Assembly (NCBI RefSeq): GCF_028368995.1
Contig: NZ_JAQNDL010000001.1
Span: 384,001 to 448,000 of the forward strand
Reading direction: 5' to 3'
Origin: Nannocystis bainbridge
GTDB taxonomy: Bacteria; Myxococcota_A; Polyangia; Nannocystales; Nannocystaceae
DNA length: 64,000 bases
Shown: piece after piece, positions 11,662 to 21,049 of the stretch
Layout of the letters: each line of letters starts with the position of its first letter
Position numbering within the stretch: the first letter of the stretch is position 1
The notes under the pieces: model-generated
Database searches by the model: none
The model's input: only the letters and a program-made list of their open reading frames with translations
Told to the model about the DNA's origin: nothing
Position numbers and translations under genes: made by a program

Positions 11662-12963
11662 ATGGCCGACACTCTGACGATCACCGACAACCGAACCGGC
11701 AAGACCTACGAAGTCGACATCAAGGACGGAACGATCCGCGCCGACGCGCTGCGCAAGATCAAGACGTCCGACGACGACTTCGGCCTGATGACCTACGACC
11801 CGGCCTTCATGAACACCGCGTCGTGCCGGTCCGCGATCACCTTGATCGACGGCGACAAGGGCATCCTGCGCTACCGCGGCTACGCCATCGAGGACCTGGC
11901 CGAGCAGTCGTCCTACCTCGAAGTCGCGTTCCTCCTGCTCCACGGCGAGCTGCCCAACGAGGCTCAGCTGCGCAAGTGGTCCCACGAGGTCACGCACCAC
12001 ACCTTCGTCCACGAGTTCCTGCGCAAGTCGATGGAGGGCTTCCGCTTCGACGCCCACCCGATGGGCAAGCTGGTCAGCATGCTGGGCGCGCTGTCCACCT
12101 TCTACCCCGAGGCGAAGAAGGTCCGCGACGACAAGACCCGGCGCGAGCAGATCGTCCGCATCATCGCCAAGATGCCGACGCTGTCGGCCTGGGCGTTCCG
12201 CCACAGCGTCGGCCGGCCGTACGTCTACCCGGACAACGAGCTGTCGTACTGCGGCAACTTCCTCAACATGATCTTCCGGATGGCCGAGCCGCGGTTCGAG
12301 CCGCACCCGGTGCTCGAGCGGGCGCTCGACATCCTGTTCATCCTCCACGCCGATCACGAGCAGAACTGCTCGGCCAACGCCGCCCGCGCCGTCGGTTCGG
12401 CCGAGACCGACCCGTACTGCAGCCTCGCCGCCGCCTCGGCGGCCCTCTACGGCCCGCTCCACGGCGGCGCCAACGAGGCCGTGCTGCACATGCTCAAGCA
12501 GATCGGCAGCGTCAGCGCCGTGCCGGAGTTCATCGCCGGCGTGAAGAACGGCAGCGGCCGCCTGATGGGCTTCGGCCACCGCGTCTACAAGAACTACGAC
12601 CCGCGGGCCAAGGTCATCAAGAAGCTCGCGCACGAGGTCTTCGAGGTCACGGGCAAGAACCCGCTCCTCGAGATCGCCCTCGAGCTCGAGAAGATCGCGC
12701 TCAGCGACGACTACTTCGTCAAGCGCAAGCTCTACCCGAACGTCGACTTCTACTCGGGCATGATCTACCAGGCCATGGGCTTCCCGGTCGAGATGTTCCC
12801 GGTCCTGTTCGCCATCCCGCGCGCCTCCGGCTGGCTGGCCCAGTGGCAAGAGATGCTGCAGGACCCCGAGCAGAAGATCGCCCGGCCGCGCCAGATCTAC
12901 ACCGGCGCCGACCTCCGCCCCTACGTGCCGATGAGCAATCGCGCCACCAAGCCGGCGACCTGA
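11662..12963 (+). CDS. gltA: Citrate synthase
   Basis: YDPAFMNTASC, IDGDKGILRYRGY, LHADHEQN, GPLHGGANE, MGFGHRVYKNYDPRA, YPNVDFYSG; GGAGG RBS at 11651. Confidence 0.98.
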   Translation: MADTLTITDNRTGKTYEVDIKDGTIRADALRKIKTSDDDFGLMTYDPAFMNTASCRSAITLIDGDKGILRYRGYAIEDLAEQSSYLEVAFLLLHGELPNEAQLRKWSHEVTHHTFVHEFLRKSMEGFRFDAHPMGKLVSMLGALSTFYPEAKKVRDDKTRREQIVRIIAKMPTLSAWAFRHSVGRPYVYPDNELSYCGNFLNMIFRMAEPRFEPHPVLERALDILFILHADHEQNCSANAARAVGSAETDPYCSLAAASAALYGPLHGGANEAVLHMLKQIGSVSAVPEFIAGVKNGSGRLMGFGHRVYKNYDPRAKVIKKLAHEVFEVTGKNPLLEIALELEKIALSDDYFVKRKLYPNVDFYSGMIYQAMGFPVEMFPVLFAIPRASGWLAQWQEMLQDPEQKIARPRQIYTGADLRPYVPMSNRATKPAT

Positions 12964-12986
12964 TCGCCAGCCGCTGAGTATCGCCG

Positions 12987-13020
12987 AAGGGCCCCGCCGC
13001 ACCGCGCCGGGGCCCTTTCT
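12987..13020 (+). terminator. Intrinsic terminator after gltA
   Basis: AAGGGCCCCG...CGGGGCCCTT stem running into TTTCT. Confidence 0.7.
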
Positions 13021-13094
13021 GCGTCCGCCCGCCGGCACCGCGGGCTCGCTTCATCCCACTGGCGAACGAGTTCCGCAGGCGGGAGAGCGCCCCA

Positions 13095-13132
13095 AAGCCT
13101 GTCCTATCGGACATGTACTCAAGAACATTCGC
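13095..13132. repeat. 14-bp-period array, 3 units
   Basis: Cores at 13098, 13112, 13126 between convergent genes. Confidence 0.75.
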
Positions 13133-13163
13133 CCATCGCTCGAGACTCTGTGCGAGCCCCCTG

Positions 13164-13577
13164 TCAGGGGTGCGACTCGCAGGCGAACTCGATCGTGATG
13201 AACGCTCCGCCGGTGCGGCGATCGATCTGCGACGCGATCGTCCCCCAGTCCAGCTTCGTCACCGGACCCAGCCCGAACGCCTCGTGCAGCCAGAGATCGT
13301 TGCCGCGCTTGTCGGCCGTCAGCGTCGCGTCCGTCACCTCGTCCCACGACGCCGCCCCGCCTGCCGGTGCCAGCCGGACCACGCGTAGCGCCTCCTCGAC
13401 GAAACCCACGTGCGCGTAGAACACTCGGCCCTGCACCGCGCTCGGCCCGAGCTGGTAGGTCCGATGCGGCGGGTTGCCCGTCACCAGGCGCGCCGACGGG
13501 TGCATTTCGAGGAACCGCGCCCGCGTCGTGCGGGCGTCGATCGCTCCTTCTGCGAATCCGATCGTCCCGTCGCGCAT
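13164..13577 (-). CDS. Hypothetical protein (137 aa)
   Basis: ATG overlaps the methyltransferase stop (TGATG); globular-looking sequence. Confidence 0.65.
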   Translation of the reverse strand: MRDGTIGFAEGAIDARTTRARFLEMHPSARLVTGNPPHRTYQLGPSAVQGRVFYAHVGFVEEALRVVRLAPAGGAASWDEVTDATLTADKRGNDLWLHEAFGLGPVTKLDWGTIASQIDRRTGGAFITIEFACESHP

Positions 13578-14254
13578 CAGCCTCGCCGCGCCAGGAAGTA
13601 GGCCCGCTGGCTCGCGAACTCGCGCGGCGAGCTCGGCCCGCGCTCGAGCTTCGCCGCGATCGTGAAGCCCACCGCCTCGAGCCCGGCGCTCACCTCGTCC
13701 GCGGCGATGAAGTGCCCGTCGACGCCGACGCGCTTGCCCCACCACTCTTCAAGGCGGCGCATCGACCCGGCGGGGAATCCCGCGGCCGACGTGTGCACCG
13801 ACAGCAGCAGCGCCCCGCCCGGCCGCACCACCCGGGCCATCTCCGCGTACGCCTTCGCCCGCGCCGCCGCCTCGAGGTGGATCACCGAATAGATCGCCAC
13901 TGCTCCTGCGAGCGACGCATCGCCGAACGGCAGCGCCAGCAGCGACGCGCGCACGAACTCGAGGCCGGGCACGCCTGCGTGACGGCGCTGGGCCTCGGCG
14001 ATCATCTGCGCCGAAAGATCGACGCCGACCACCGACAGCCCGAGCTCCGTCAGCAAGCGCGCCTCGAACCCGGGCCCGCAGCCGAGGTCCGCGACCTTCG
14101 CCGCGCGCCCGACCGTCTCCGCGAACGCCGTGATCAACGCCCGGTCGACGATCTTCTCCGCCAGGTCGTCGGCGAACTCGGCGGCGTATTGCTGCGCGAC
14201 CGCGTCGTAGGTCGCCTCGATGTCCGCCTCGCCACGATCCGCGGTGCCCGTCAT
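13577..14254 (-). CDS. Class I SAM-dependent methyltransferase
   Basis: VADLGCGPG, GVDLS..MI, LPF.DAS, VRPGG. Confidence 0.92.
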   Translation of the reverse strand: MTGTADRGEADIEATYDAVAQQYAAEFADDLAEKIVDRALITAFAETVGRAAKVADLGCGPGFEARLLTELGLSVVGVDLSAQMIAEAQRRHAGVPGLEFVRASLLALPFGDASLAGAVAIYSVIHLEAAARAKAYAEMARVVRPGGALLLSVHTSAAGFPAGSMRRLEEWWGKRVGVDGHFIAADEVSAGLEAVGFTIAAKLERGPSSPREFASQRAYFLARRG

Positions 14255-14342
14255 CGCCACCGTCTCTCGTTACCACGTTCGCGGCGCACCGTCTGGCCAC
14301 GCCTGGCGGTTCCCATCACCCGCCTCGCCATGAGGATGCGCG

Positions 14343-14927
14343 TCAGTCCTCGGATGCCTCGGGCGGCTCGGGCATGAACAGGTCGGCGAGCACCAGCTCG
14401 ATCGCCTCGAACGGTGGCACGCGAGCGACAGCGCTGCGGTCGTATGTCCCCGTCAGCACCCAGCGCCCACGCTCGAGCGCGAACGCCTCGAGCACGCCGG
14501 CGACCGGATCGATCAGCCAGTAGAACGGCACGCCATGCCTGGCATACAGCTCTCGCTTGACCACGCGGTCGCGTCGCACGCCGTGGGGCGACAGCACCTC
14601 GCAGATCCAGTCGGGCACCACGTCGATGGGCCGCTGGCCCCAGGGCGACGGCAACCTTTCGCGCCGCCATCCGACCACATCGGGGCGGACCACGTCATGG
14701 TCCGTGAACCTGACATCGATCTCGACCACGATCCACCACCCGCCCGGCCCCCCGCGCCCGCGGTCGAACGGCCCGCGCAGCCCGTCCACGATCCCGCTCT
14801 GCGCGTAGCTGTGCTCGAACAGCCCGCTCGGCTGGGTCACCAGCTCGCCGCCGAGGATCTCCGCCTTCACGTCCTCGGGCGTGGCGAGCAGCTCCGCGTA
14901 GGTGGCGAGCTTCGGCGCGGCGGTCAT
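14343..14927 (-). CDS. Uma2-family (DUF820) PD-(D/E)xK endonuclease
   Basis: EILGGEL, RPDVVGW, PDWICEVLSP, K..LYARHGVPFYWLIDP. Confidence 0.92.
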   Translation of the reverse strand: MTAAPKLATYAELLATPEDVKAEILGGELVTQPSGLFEHSYAQSGIVDGLRGPFDRGRGGPGGWWIVVEIDVRFTDHDVVRPDVVGWRRERLPSPWGQRPIDVVPDWICEVLSPHGVRRDRVVKRELYARHGVPFYWLIDPVAGVLEAFALERGRWVLTGTYDRSAVARVPPFEAIELVLADLFMPEPPEASED

Positions 14928-14998
14928 GTTCGCCAGCATACACCATCCTCCAGGACCCGCGCGCTTGCCCGCCCGCGCGCGCCTGATAGCCTGCAGGG

Positions 14999-16141
14999 GT
15001 GGCACAACGGCTCGTCGTCCTCGCCCTCGGCGCCGCGTTCGCAACGACCGGCTGCAGCGACGACTGCGGCGACAGCGAGTACCACGACGCCGAGATCTGT
15101 TTTAAGGAACATGTCCTCGAGGTCCAGTCCGAGGCCGCCAGTCCCCTCGCCTTGCGCGCGGCCGACTTCGACGGCGACGGCCTCGACGACCTCCTTATCG
15201 TCGGCGCCGCTGCCGGCACCATCACCACCGACTTGCGGCGCGGCGACGGCGACGGCGGCCTCGGCGAGCCGCGCGACGTCGGCGTCGCCGGCTGCAGCGC
15301 CTATCCAGTGGTCGGCGACCTCGACCTCGACGGCGCCGCCGACCTCCTGTTCCCCAGCTGCGACGGCGGCGTGTTCGTCTACCGGGCCGACGGCGCCGGC
15401 GGCTTCGCGGCGCCCGTCGAGGTCCCTGTCGGCCTCAAGATCCGCACCACCGCCGTCACCGACGTCGACGGCGACGGCCGCCGCGACCTGCTTGTCCTCG
15501 GGGACATGTCCGAAAAGCCAGCCATCAGCCTCGTCCGGGCCGACGCCGCTGGCGGCTTCGCCCCGCCGGAGGTCCAGCCCCTGTTCGTGCCCGGCCTCGA
15601 AGACCTCGATCCTGGCGGCTTCGTCGCCGGTCGCCTGCGCCGCGACGGCCCGGTCGAGCTTGTCCTCGCCGAGTGGGACCGCAGCGACGGCCTCGCGCGC
15701 GCCACCATCACCGCCGGCGCCATCGGGCCGTTCGTCGCCATGACCACCGGCCTGCGCCCCGGCGCCCTCCACCTGCGCGACCTCGACGACGACGACATCC
15801 TCGACGTCCTCGTCCTCGACACCGCCCCGGTCGCCCTCGCCCCGCTGCTCGGGCCCGACCTGTCCGAAGGGCCACGTACCGCCCTCGGCTCGCGCCCCGG
15901 CCCGATCGCCCTCGCCCACCTCGACGGCGACGGCAGCCTCGACGCCGTGCTGTTCCACGGCGACCGCCTCGGCCTGTGGCGCGGCGTCGGCGACGGTCGC
16001 TTCACCGCCGCGATCCAGCTCGAGTTCTCGACCGACGTCGTCGAGGTCGTGCTGCCCGATCTCAACGCCGATGGCCGGGCCGACATCGTCGCCGGCCTGT
16101 TCCCCGACGGCGGCCTCGCCATCCGCCTCAGCGGCCCCTGA
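14999..16141 (+). CDS. FG-GAP/VCBS repeat lipoprotein
   Basis: TTGC lipobox; repeated DxDGDGxxD. Confidence 0.85.
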   Translation: MAQRLVVLALGAAFATTGCSDDCGDSEYHDAEICFKEHVLEVQSEAASPLALRAADFDGDGLDDLLIVGAAAGTITTDLRRGDGDGGLGEPRDVGVAGCSAYPVVGDLDLDGAADLLFPSCDGGVFVYRADGAGGFAAPVEVPVGLKIRTTAVTDVDGDGRRDLLVLGDMSEKPAISLVRADAAGGFAPPEVQPLFVPGLEDLDPGGFVAGRLRRDGPVELVLAEWDRSDGLARATITAGAIGPFVAMTTGLRPGALHLRDLDDDDILDVLVLDTAPVALAPLLGPDLSEGPRTALGSRPGPIALAHLDGDGSLDAVLFHGDRLGLWRGVGDGRFTAAIQLEFSTDVVEVVLPDLNADGRADIVAGLFPDGGLAIRLSGP

Positions 16142-16425
16142 CCCACCAGCCCGCCGGACGACCGCCTGCACTGCAGCGCCCCGCGAGCAGCGTTCCAGGC
16201 GTTCGTGGTCGCCGCCCCGCACGCCTCGGTGCCCGGAGCCCACGCGTTCCGTTCGACCGCTCCGCTCGCCGCGCCCGTCCGGCGCGCCGCGCCCGGCCCT
16301 CCCGCCTCCGTCGCCGCGACCCTGCCTCTCCCGCGCCGGATCGGCTCGCTGCACCGCCTGGGCTCGCTCGCCGGCCGCCCGCTAATTTCGCCCCTCGGTG
16401 CGCCGCTGATACCCTTCGCGGCGCC

Positions 16426-16836
16426 ATGCCCCCCACCAGCACCCCCCGCAACTACGAGTTCTCGGGCCCGGAGAACATCATCATCCGCCAGTTGGTCGAC
16501 GCCATGCGGTTCGTCGCCGCGGCCTCGCTGGCGGTGGGCGCCTTTGTCCTGATCCTCGGGATCGCCGGCCTCGTCACCCAGGGCCGCGCCGCCATCGGCC
16601 CCGCGCTCGGCGACTTCGCCGAGGCCGTCGTGTTCGTGCTGATCGGCCTGTGGCTGCAGCGGGCCGTCGACGCCTTCAGCCGCGTCATCGACACCAGCGG
16701 CGACGACATCACCCACCTGCTCGACGCCCTGCGCGAGCTGACCCGCGTGTTCTCGCTGCAGCGCACCGTCCTGGTCCTGGCCGCGATCGTCATCGTCATG
16801 GCGATCGGTATCCACGGCGTGCTCTCGCTCGGCTGA
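16426..16836 (+). CDS. Small membrane protein
   Basis: YEFS..EN..I..L...M start, three hydrophobic helices. Confidence 0.75.
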   Translation: MPPTSTPRNYEFSGPENIIIRQLVDAMRFVAAASLAVGAFVLILGIAGLVTQGRAAIGPALGDFAEAVVFVLIGLWLQRAVDAFSRVIDTSGDDITHLLDALRELTRVFSLQRTVLVLAAIVIVMAIGIHGVLSLG

Positions 16837-16842
16837 GCGTTC

Positions 16843-16905
16843 GGACATGCCCCCGGGGACATGCCCCCGGGGACATGCCCGCCGGGGCATGTCCTCCGGG
16901 ACACC
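16843..16905. repeat. 14-bp-period array, 5 units (GGACATGCCCCCGG)
   Basis: Cores at 16846, 16860, 16874, 16888, 16902; fills the gap between convergent stops. Confidence 0.93.
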
Positions 16906-17730
16906 CTAGCGGCGGGCGAACCGGCTGAAGTAGCGCGGCACCAGCTTCTGGTAGAACCGCTCCGGCGCCAGCCGCTTGAGCCGCCACAGCCACGACCCGT
17001 CGGCGTGGGGCAGCGCGTAGAGGGTCCCGGCGGCGGCGGCGTCGAGGGCGAAGCGGGCCACCTCGGGCGCCTGCATCTTGGCCCGGTCCATCAGCTTCGA
17101 CGCCGCCCGCGAGGCCCCGTTCTCGCCGTGGTGGCGGCCGGCGTCGATGATGCGGGTGCGGAAGAACGTCGGGCACAGCACCGTCACGCCGATGTTGGCC
17201 GGCGCCAGCTCGGCGGCCATCGTCTCCGACAGCGCCACCACGCCGGCCTTCGTCACGTTGTAGGGCGCCATCATCGGCGTGCACAGCAGGCCCGCCGACG
17301 AGGCGACGTTGATCACGTGGCCGCCGCCCTGCGCCCGCATGTGCGGCACGAACTGCTCGCAGCCGTAGATCACGCCCCACAGGTTGACGCCCATGATCCA
17401 CTCCCAGTCGGCCTGCGGGATGGCGTCGACCGGTCCGCTGGTGGCCACGCCGGCGTTGTTGATCAGCAGATCGACCCCGCCGAGCAGCGACGCCGCCGAC
17501 GACGCCAGCTCGGCCACCGCCGACCGCTGGGCCACGTCGCACGCCAGCGCGTGGACCCGGGAGCCGAGCTTCTCGACCATCGACGCCGTCTCCTGCGCGC
17601 CCGCGAGGTCGATGTCGGCGGCCACGATCCGGGCGTTGCGCCGCGCCAGCTCGAGACAAAGCGCGCGGCCGAGGCCACCACCCGCGCCGGTGACCACCGC
17701 GCGCACCGGCTTGTCGAAGGAGAGCGTCAT
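16906..17730 (-). CDS. Short-chain dehydrogenase/reductase
   Basis: TGAGGGLG, NNAG, YxxxK (YNVTK). Confidence 0.93.
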   Translation of the reverse strand: MTLSFDKPVRAVVTGAGGGLGRALCLELARRNARIVAADIDLAGAQETASMVEKLGSRVHALACDVAQRSAVAELASSAASLLGGVDLLINNAGVATSGPVDAIPQADWEWIMGVNLWGVIYGCEQFVPHMRAQGGGHVINVASSAGLLCTPMMAPYNVTKAGVVALSETMAAELAPANIGVTVLCPTFFRTRIIDAGRHHGENGASRAASKLMDRAKMQAPEVARFALDAAAAGTLYALPHADGSWLWRLKRLAPERFYQKLVPRYFSRFARR

Positions 17731-17740
17731 GCGCGGCACG

Positions 17741-18613
17741 CTACACCAGATCGGCGGGCGGCTGCGGCGGGTCGTCCGGAGGGCGCGCGCGCGTCTGCCA
17801 GTCGTCTGGCGGCCACGGCTCGGGCCAGTGGACCTCGACCAGCGTCAGCCCCTGCGGCGGCGCGGTGCGCCCGGACCGGCTGCGATCGGGCCGCGCCAGC
17901 AGCTCGGCGATCTGCGCCGGCGGCCGACGCCCGAGCCCGACCTCGACCAGCGTGCCGACCATGATGCGCACCATGTTCTGCAAGAACGCCTCGCCGCGGA
18001 CCGTGACCGTGACGACCGCCGGCACGTCGCGCGCGGCCACCGTGCTGAGCGCCGCCGGCTCCTCCGCCGCCGCCGCCGCCACCTCGACCGCCAGCATCTT
18101 CCGCACCGTCGTCGGCGCCTGACACATGCTGGCGCGGAAGCCGGCGAAATCGTGCTCGCCGACGAACGCCGCCGCCGCCGCCTGCATCGCCGCCACGTCG
18201 AGCGGGCGGGTCAAGTGCCACTCGCCGCGATCGGTGGTCGGCACGCGATGCGGCGTGCAGCGGATCCGGTAGCGGTAGGTCTTGCCGTCGTTGAAGAACC
18301 GCGGGTCGACCGCGCGGCCGTCGGGCAGCTCGCACGCCCACGCGCCCAGGACCCCGACGTCGCGCGGCAGCTTGCTCGTGAGTCCCAACACCACGCCGCG
18401 CGCGGGGATCGGGAGCGTGGGCTCGAACCCCACCAGCTGGCCCAGCGCATGAACGCCGGCGTCGGTGCGGCTGGCGGCCCGCGTCCGCGTCGGCCCGCGA
18501 TACAGCTCCGACAGCGCCGCCTCGAGCGCGCCCTGCACCGTCCGGATGCCCTCCTGGCGGGCAAATCCGTGGAAATCGGTGCCGTCGTAGGCGACCCGCA
18601 GGAGCAGCGTCAT
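17741..18613 (-). CDS. truA: tRNA pseudouridine(38-40) synthase
   Basis: YDGTDFHGF, SRTDAGVHA, GEHDF..F, FLQNMVRIMVG, TAPPQGL. Confidence 0.96.
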   Translation of the reverse strand: MTLLLRVAYDGTDFHGFARQEGIRTVQGALEAALSELYRGPTRTRAASRTDAGVHALGQLVGFEPTLPIPARGVVLGLTSKLPRDVGVLGAWACELPDGRAVDPRFFNDGKTYRYRIRCTPHRVPTTDRGEWHLTRPLDVAAMQAAAAAFVGEHDFAGFRASMCQAPTTVRKMLAVEVAAAAAEEPAALSTVAARDVPAVVTVTVRGEAFLQNMVRIMVGTLVEVGLGRRPPAQIAELLARPDRSRSGRTAPPQGLTLVEVHWPEPWPPDDWQTRARPPDDPPQPPADLV

Positions 18614-18725
18614 GAGCGCGGCCGACCATCGACCGCGCCCGCCGACCTGTCAACCAAAGTCCGCAATCTGCCGACAAAGCAGCGCCCCGCGCGCGATTTC
18701 TTGCTACCCTCCGAGGCCCCCGGCG

Positions 18726-19625
18726 ATGGACTTCCGCAAGACCTATTTCCTGCTGCCGAACCTGTTCACCCTCACCGGCCTGTTCTGCGGTTTCTACGCG
18801 ATCTCCGTGTGCGCAAGGCTGAGCGACGAGGGTGGGGGCAGCGACGCGCTCTACAAGGCCTCGCTGGCGATCATGCTCGGCCTGTTCTTCGACGCGGCCG
18901 ACGGCCGGATCGCCCGCCTCACCCGCACGCAGTCGGAGCTCGGCCTCCACCTCGACAGCCTGAGCGACCTCGTCACTTTCGGCGTCGCCCCCGGGCTCGT
19001 CATCTACCGCTGGGGCCTCGAGGGCTTCGGCCGCGCGGGCCTCTTCATCGCCTTCCTGTTCGTCGCCGGCGGGGCGTTCCGCCTGGCCCGCTTCAACGTG
19101 CTGTCGCTGCGCGCCATCGACGAGAAGCCCGGCAAGTACATGCTCGGCCTGCCGATCCCGGTGGCGGCGACGGTGCTGATCTCGACGGTGATGGCGTTCC
19201 ACGCGATCGGCATCAACCAGACGACAAACCACATCCTGGTGGCGAGCCTGGTGATCGTGCTGTCGTACTTGATGATCAGCCGGGTCCGCTTCCGCTCGAT
19301 GAAGGACCTGAAGATGACGAAGCGGACCACGGCGGTGGTCGGCCTGCTGCTGGCCAGCGGGGTGCTGGTGGCAGTGCGGATCTCGCGGCCGGCGGTTCTT
19401 ATCCTGCTGGTGGGCTGCTACATCACGCTGGGCCTCATCGAGGAGATGTATCTGCTGCGCAAGGGCCGGGTGGAGCGCCTGCGAGCTGCCCGCGCGCTGG
19501 CGCTGGCGCCGGCGCCGACCGAGGAGGTGGCGAGCGAGTCCGAGGTGCTGGCCGAGCTCGGCATCGATGACGACGCGAGCGCACGCGCGGCTTCGCCGGT
19601 CGAGGGCGCCATCTCGTCGGTCTGA
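18726..19625 (+). CDS. pssA: CDP-diacylglycerol--serine O-phosphatidyltransferase
   Basis: LPNLFT, DAADGRIAR....S.LG..LDSL.D.V.FGVAP, RLARFN, GLPIP. Confidence 0.93.
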   Translation: MDFRKTYFLLPNLFTLTGLFCGFYAISVCARLSDEGGGSDALYKASLAIMLGLFFDAADGRIARLTRTQSELGLHLDSLSDLVTFGVAPGLVIYRWGLEGFGRAGLFIAFLFVAGGAFRLARFNVLSLRAIDEKPGKYMLGLPIPVAATVLISTVMAFHAIGINQTTNHILVASLVIVLSYLMISRVRFRSMKDLKMTKRTTAVVGLLLASGVLVAVRISRPAVLILLVGCYITLGLIEEMYLLRKGRVERLRAARALALAPAPTEEVASESEVLAELGIDDDASARAASPVEGAISSV

Positions 19626-19733
19626 CCTTTCGGCCAGCTCCGCGCTGAGCTCGCGCGGCGTTGGCTCGCTCGGGGGTTCGGCGTCCGGGGTCCTGGGGGC
19701 GCTTGCTTCGCGAATTGCCGACTGCGCCTCGCT

Positions 19734-19836
19734 GGGGGCCCGAGGAAGGGTCGCCCGCGAGTTCAGCGCCTGGTGAGCGCTCGTACCTCGCGCTCACCCT
19801 GTCTCGTATTCGCGGGCGACCCTTCCTCGGACCCCC
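19734..19836. repeat. Structured intergenic element: 27-bp inverted repeat enclosing a 9-bp hairpin
   Basis: Arms 19734-19760 and 19810-19836 (1 mismatch); inner GGTGAGCGC/GCGCTCACC at 19772-19798. Confidence 0.85.
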
Positions 19837-20043
19837 GGCACGGCTGCCGCCGTGAGAGGCCGACCCGCCGCCCGGGCTTCGCTGCAGGCTGTCCCTCGGG
19901 GCAGATCGTCGGGCGCCCGTTCGACGGCCAGGTCTGGCCGCCGAACGGACGCCTCTTCACGTCCTCGAGCGGCGTGCCCGCTCCCGCGGCGAGCCTCCCG
20001 GCGGCTCCGACGAGCACGTCCAAGCAGGCGAATCGCTTAGCGG

Positions 20044-20093
20044 TCAGCTGTCCTTACGGACAGACTCATTGCTCAGCTGTCCTTCCGGACAGC
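20044..20093. repeat. Two copies of TCAGCTGTCCTT(A/C)CGGACAG (14-bp motif family)
   Basis: Direct repeat of a CTGTCC-N4-GGACAG palindrome at the 3' end of the 20073 gene. Confidence 0.8.
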
Positions 20094-20675
20094 CGCAGTA
20101 GTCAAACCCGTTCGACCCGATCCTCGTCCGACCCGCAGTCCGATCGCCAGCAGCAGCGCGTAGAGCAGCAGCTCGAGCAGCTCCTGCGCCGCGCGCTCCC
20201 ACGCCGCTGACATGTTGCCGGCCACGAACAGCCCCGCGATCGCCACGAACGCCCACCGCTCGTCGCGGCTCGGTGCGAGTCCGCCGAGCCACCGCCGCGG
20301 GGCCGCGAAGTAGCCGATCAGCGGCAGCGCGAACAGCAGGTACGACGACCCGCGGGCGGCGTTGTGCATGTTGCGGTGGCCGAACGCCCCGGCCATGCGC
20401 TCGCCGATGGTCGTCCAGCCGTACACGCTGCCCCAGTCGACCTCCTCGACCAGCACCAGCGCCAGGAACCCCGCCATCGCCAGCGCCACCGCTCGCCTGT
20501 CCGCCCGCCGGCCCGCCAGCGCCCACGCCACCACCGCCGCCGCCAGTACCGCGTGCGACGCGTGCTCCGCCGGGCCCTCCTTCGCCAGCAGCGCGGCGGT
20601 CCACGCCGGGCTCGTCAGGGCCGCCGTCACGGCCACGGCCGCGATCGTCAGCGCCGTGATCGTCCGCGGGAGCAC
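20073..20675 (-). CDS. Integral membrane protein; start uncertain
   Basis: Several TM helices, KEGPAE and EEVDWG motifs. Confidence 0.7.
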   Translation of the reverse strand: MLPRTITALTIAAVAVTAALTSPAWTAALLAKEGPAEHASHAVLAAAVVAWALAGRRADRRAVALAMAGFLALVLVEEVDWGSVYGWTTIGERMAGAFGHRNMHNAARGSSYLLFALPLIGYFAAPRRWLGGLAPSRDERWAFVAIAGLFVAGNMSAAWERAAQELLELLLYALLLAIGLRVGRGSGRTGLTTAAVRKDS

Positions 20676-20866
20676 GACCGGAGCATAGAGGATCTCGAGG
20701 CGGCTGGGCCTGGTCCTCGCGGCGCCGTCGCGTTCGAAGTCGCCGCGGAGGTTCGCGCACCCGCTCGCTGGCGCCCCGTCGCGACCGGGCCCACAAGCAA
20801 GGCGATTTCCCACCCGGGCCGCGGACCACGCGCCGCAGCGGCCCGGTTGGCAGCGAGGCAAGCACG

Positions 20867-21043
20867 ATGCGCAAGCTCGGCACCCCACCTCCGTCCAGCG
20901 CCCTGCTGCTCGAGCGACGGACCCTGCACCTCACCTACGAGCGTCCGCCCGCCCGCGTGCCGTGGCTGACCCCCGTCGTCATCCCCGCGATGGTGGTGCT
21001 GCTGGTCGCCACCGTCCTTATCTACGTGTTCGCCGCGCAGTGA
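20867..21043 (+). CDS. Small single-TM protein (58 aa), below the ORF-track cutoff
   Basis: ATG at 20867 with GAGG upstream; MRKLG...WLTPVVIPAMVVLLVATVLIYVFAAQ*; GC3-biased codons. Confidence 0.6.
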   Translation: MRKLGTPPPSSALLLERRTLHLTYERPPARVPWLTPVVIPAMVVLLVATVLIYVFAAQ

Positions 21044-21049
21044 TCGACA

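Noticed and set aside
14343-14927. Uma2 nuclease plus neighbouring methyltransferase as a restriction-modification system
   Set aside because: The methyltransferase is a small-molecule class I type lacking DNA MTase catalytic motifs (DPPY/NPPY/PC)
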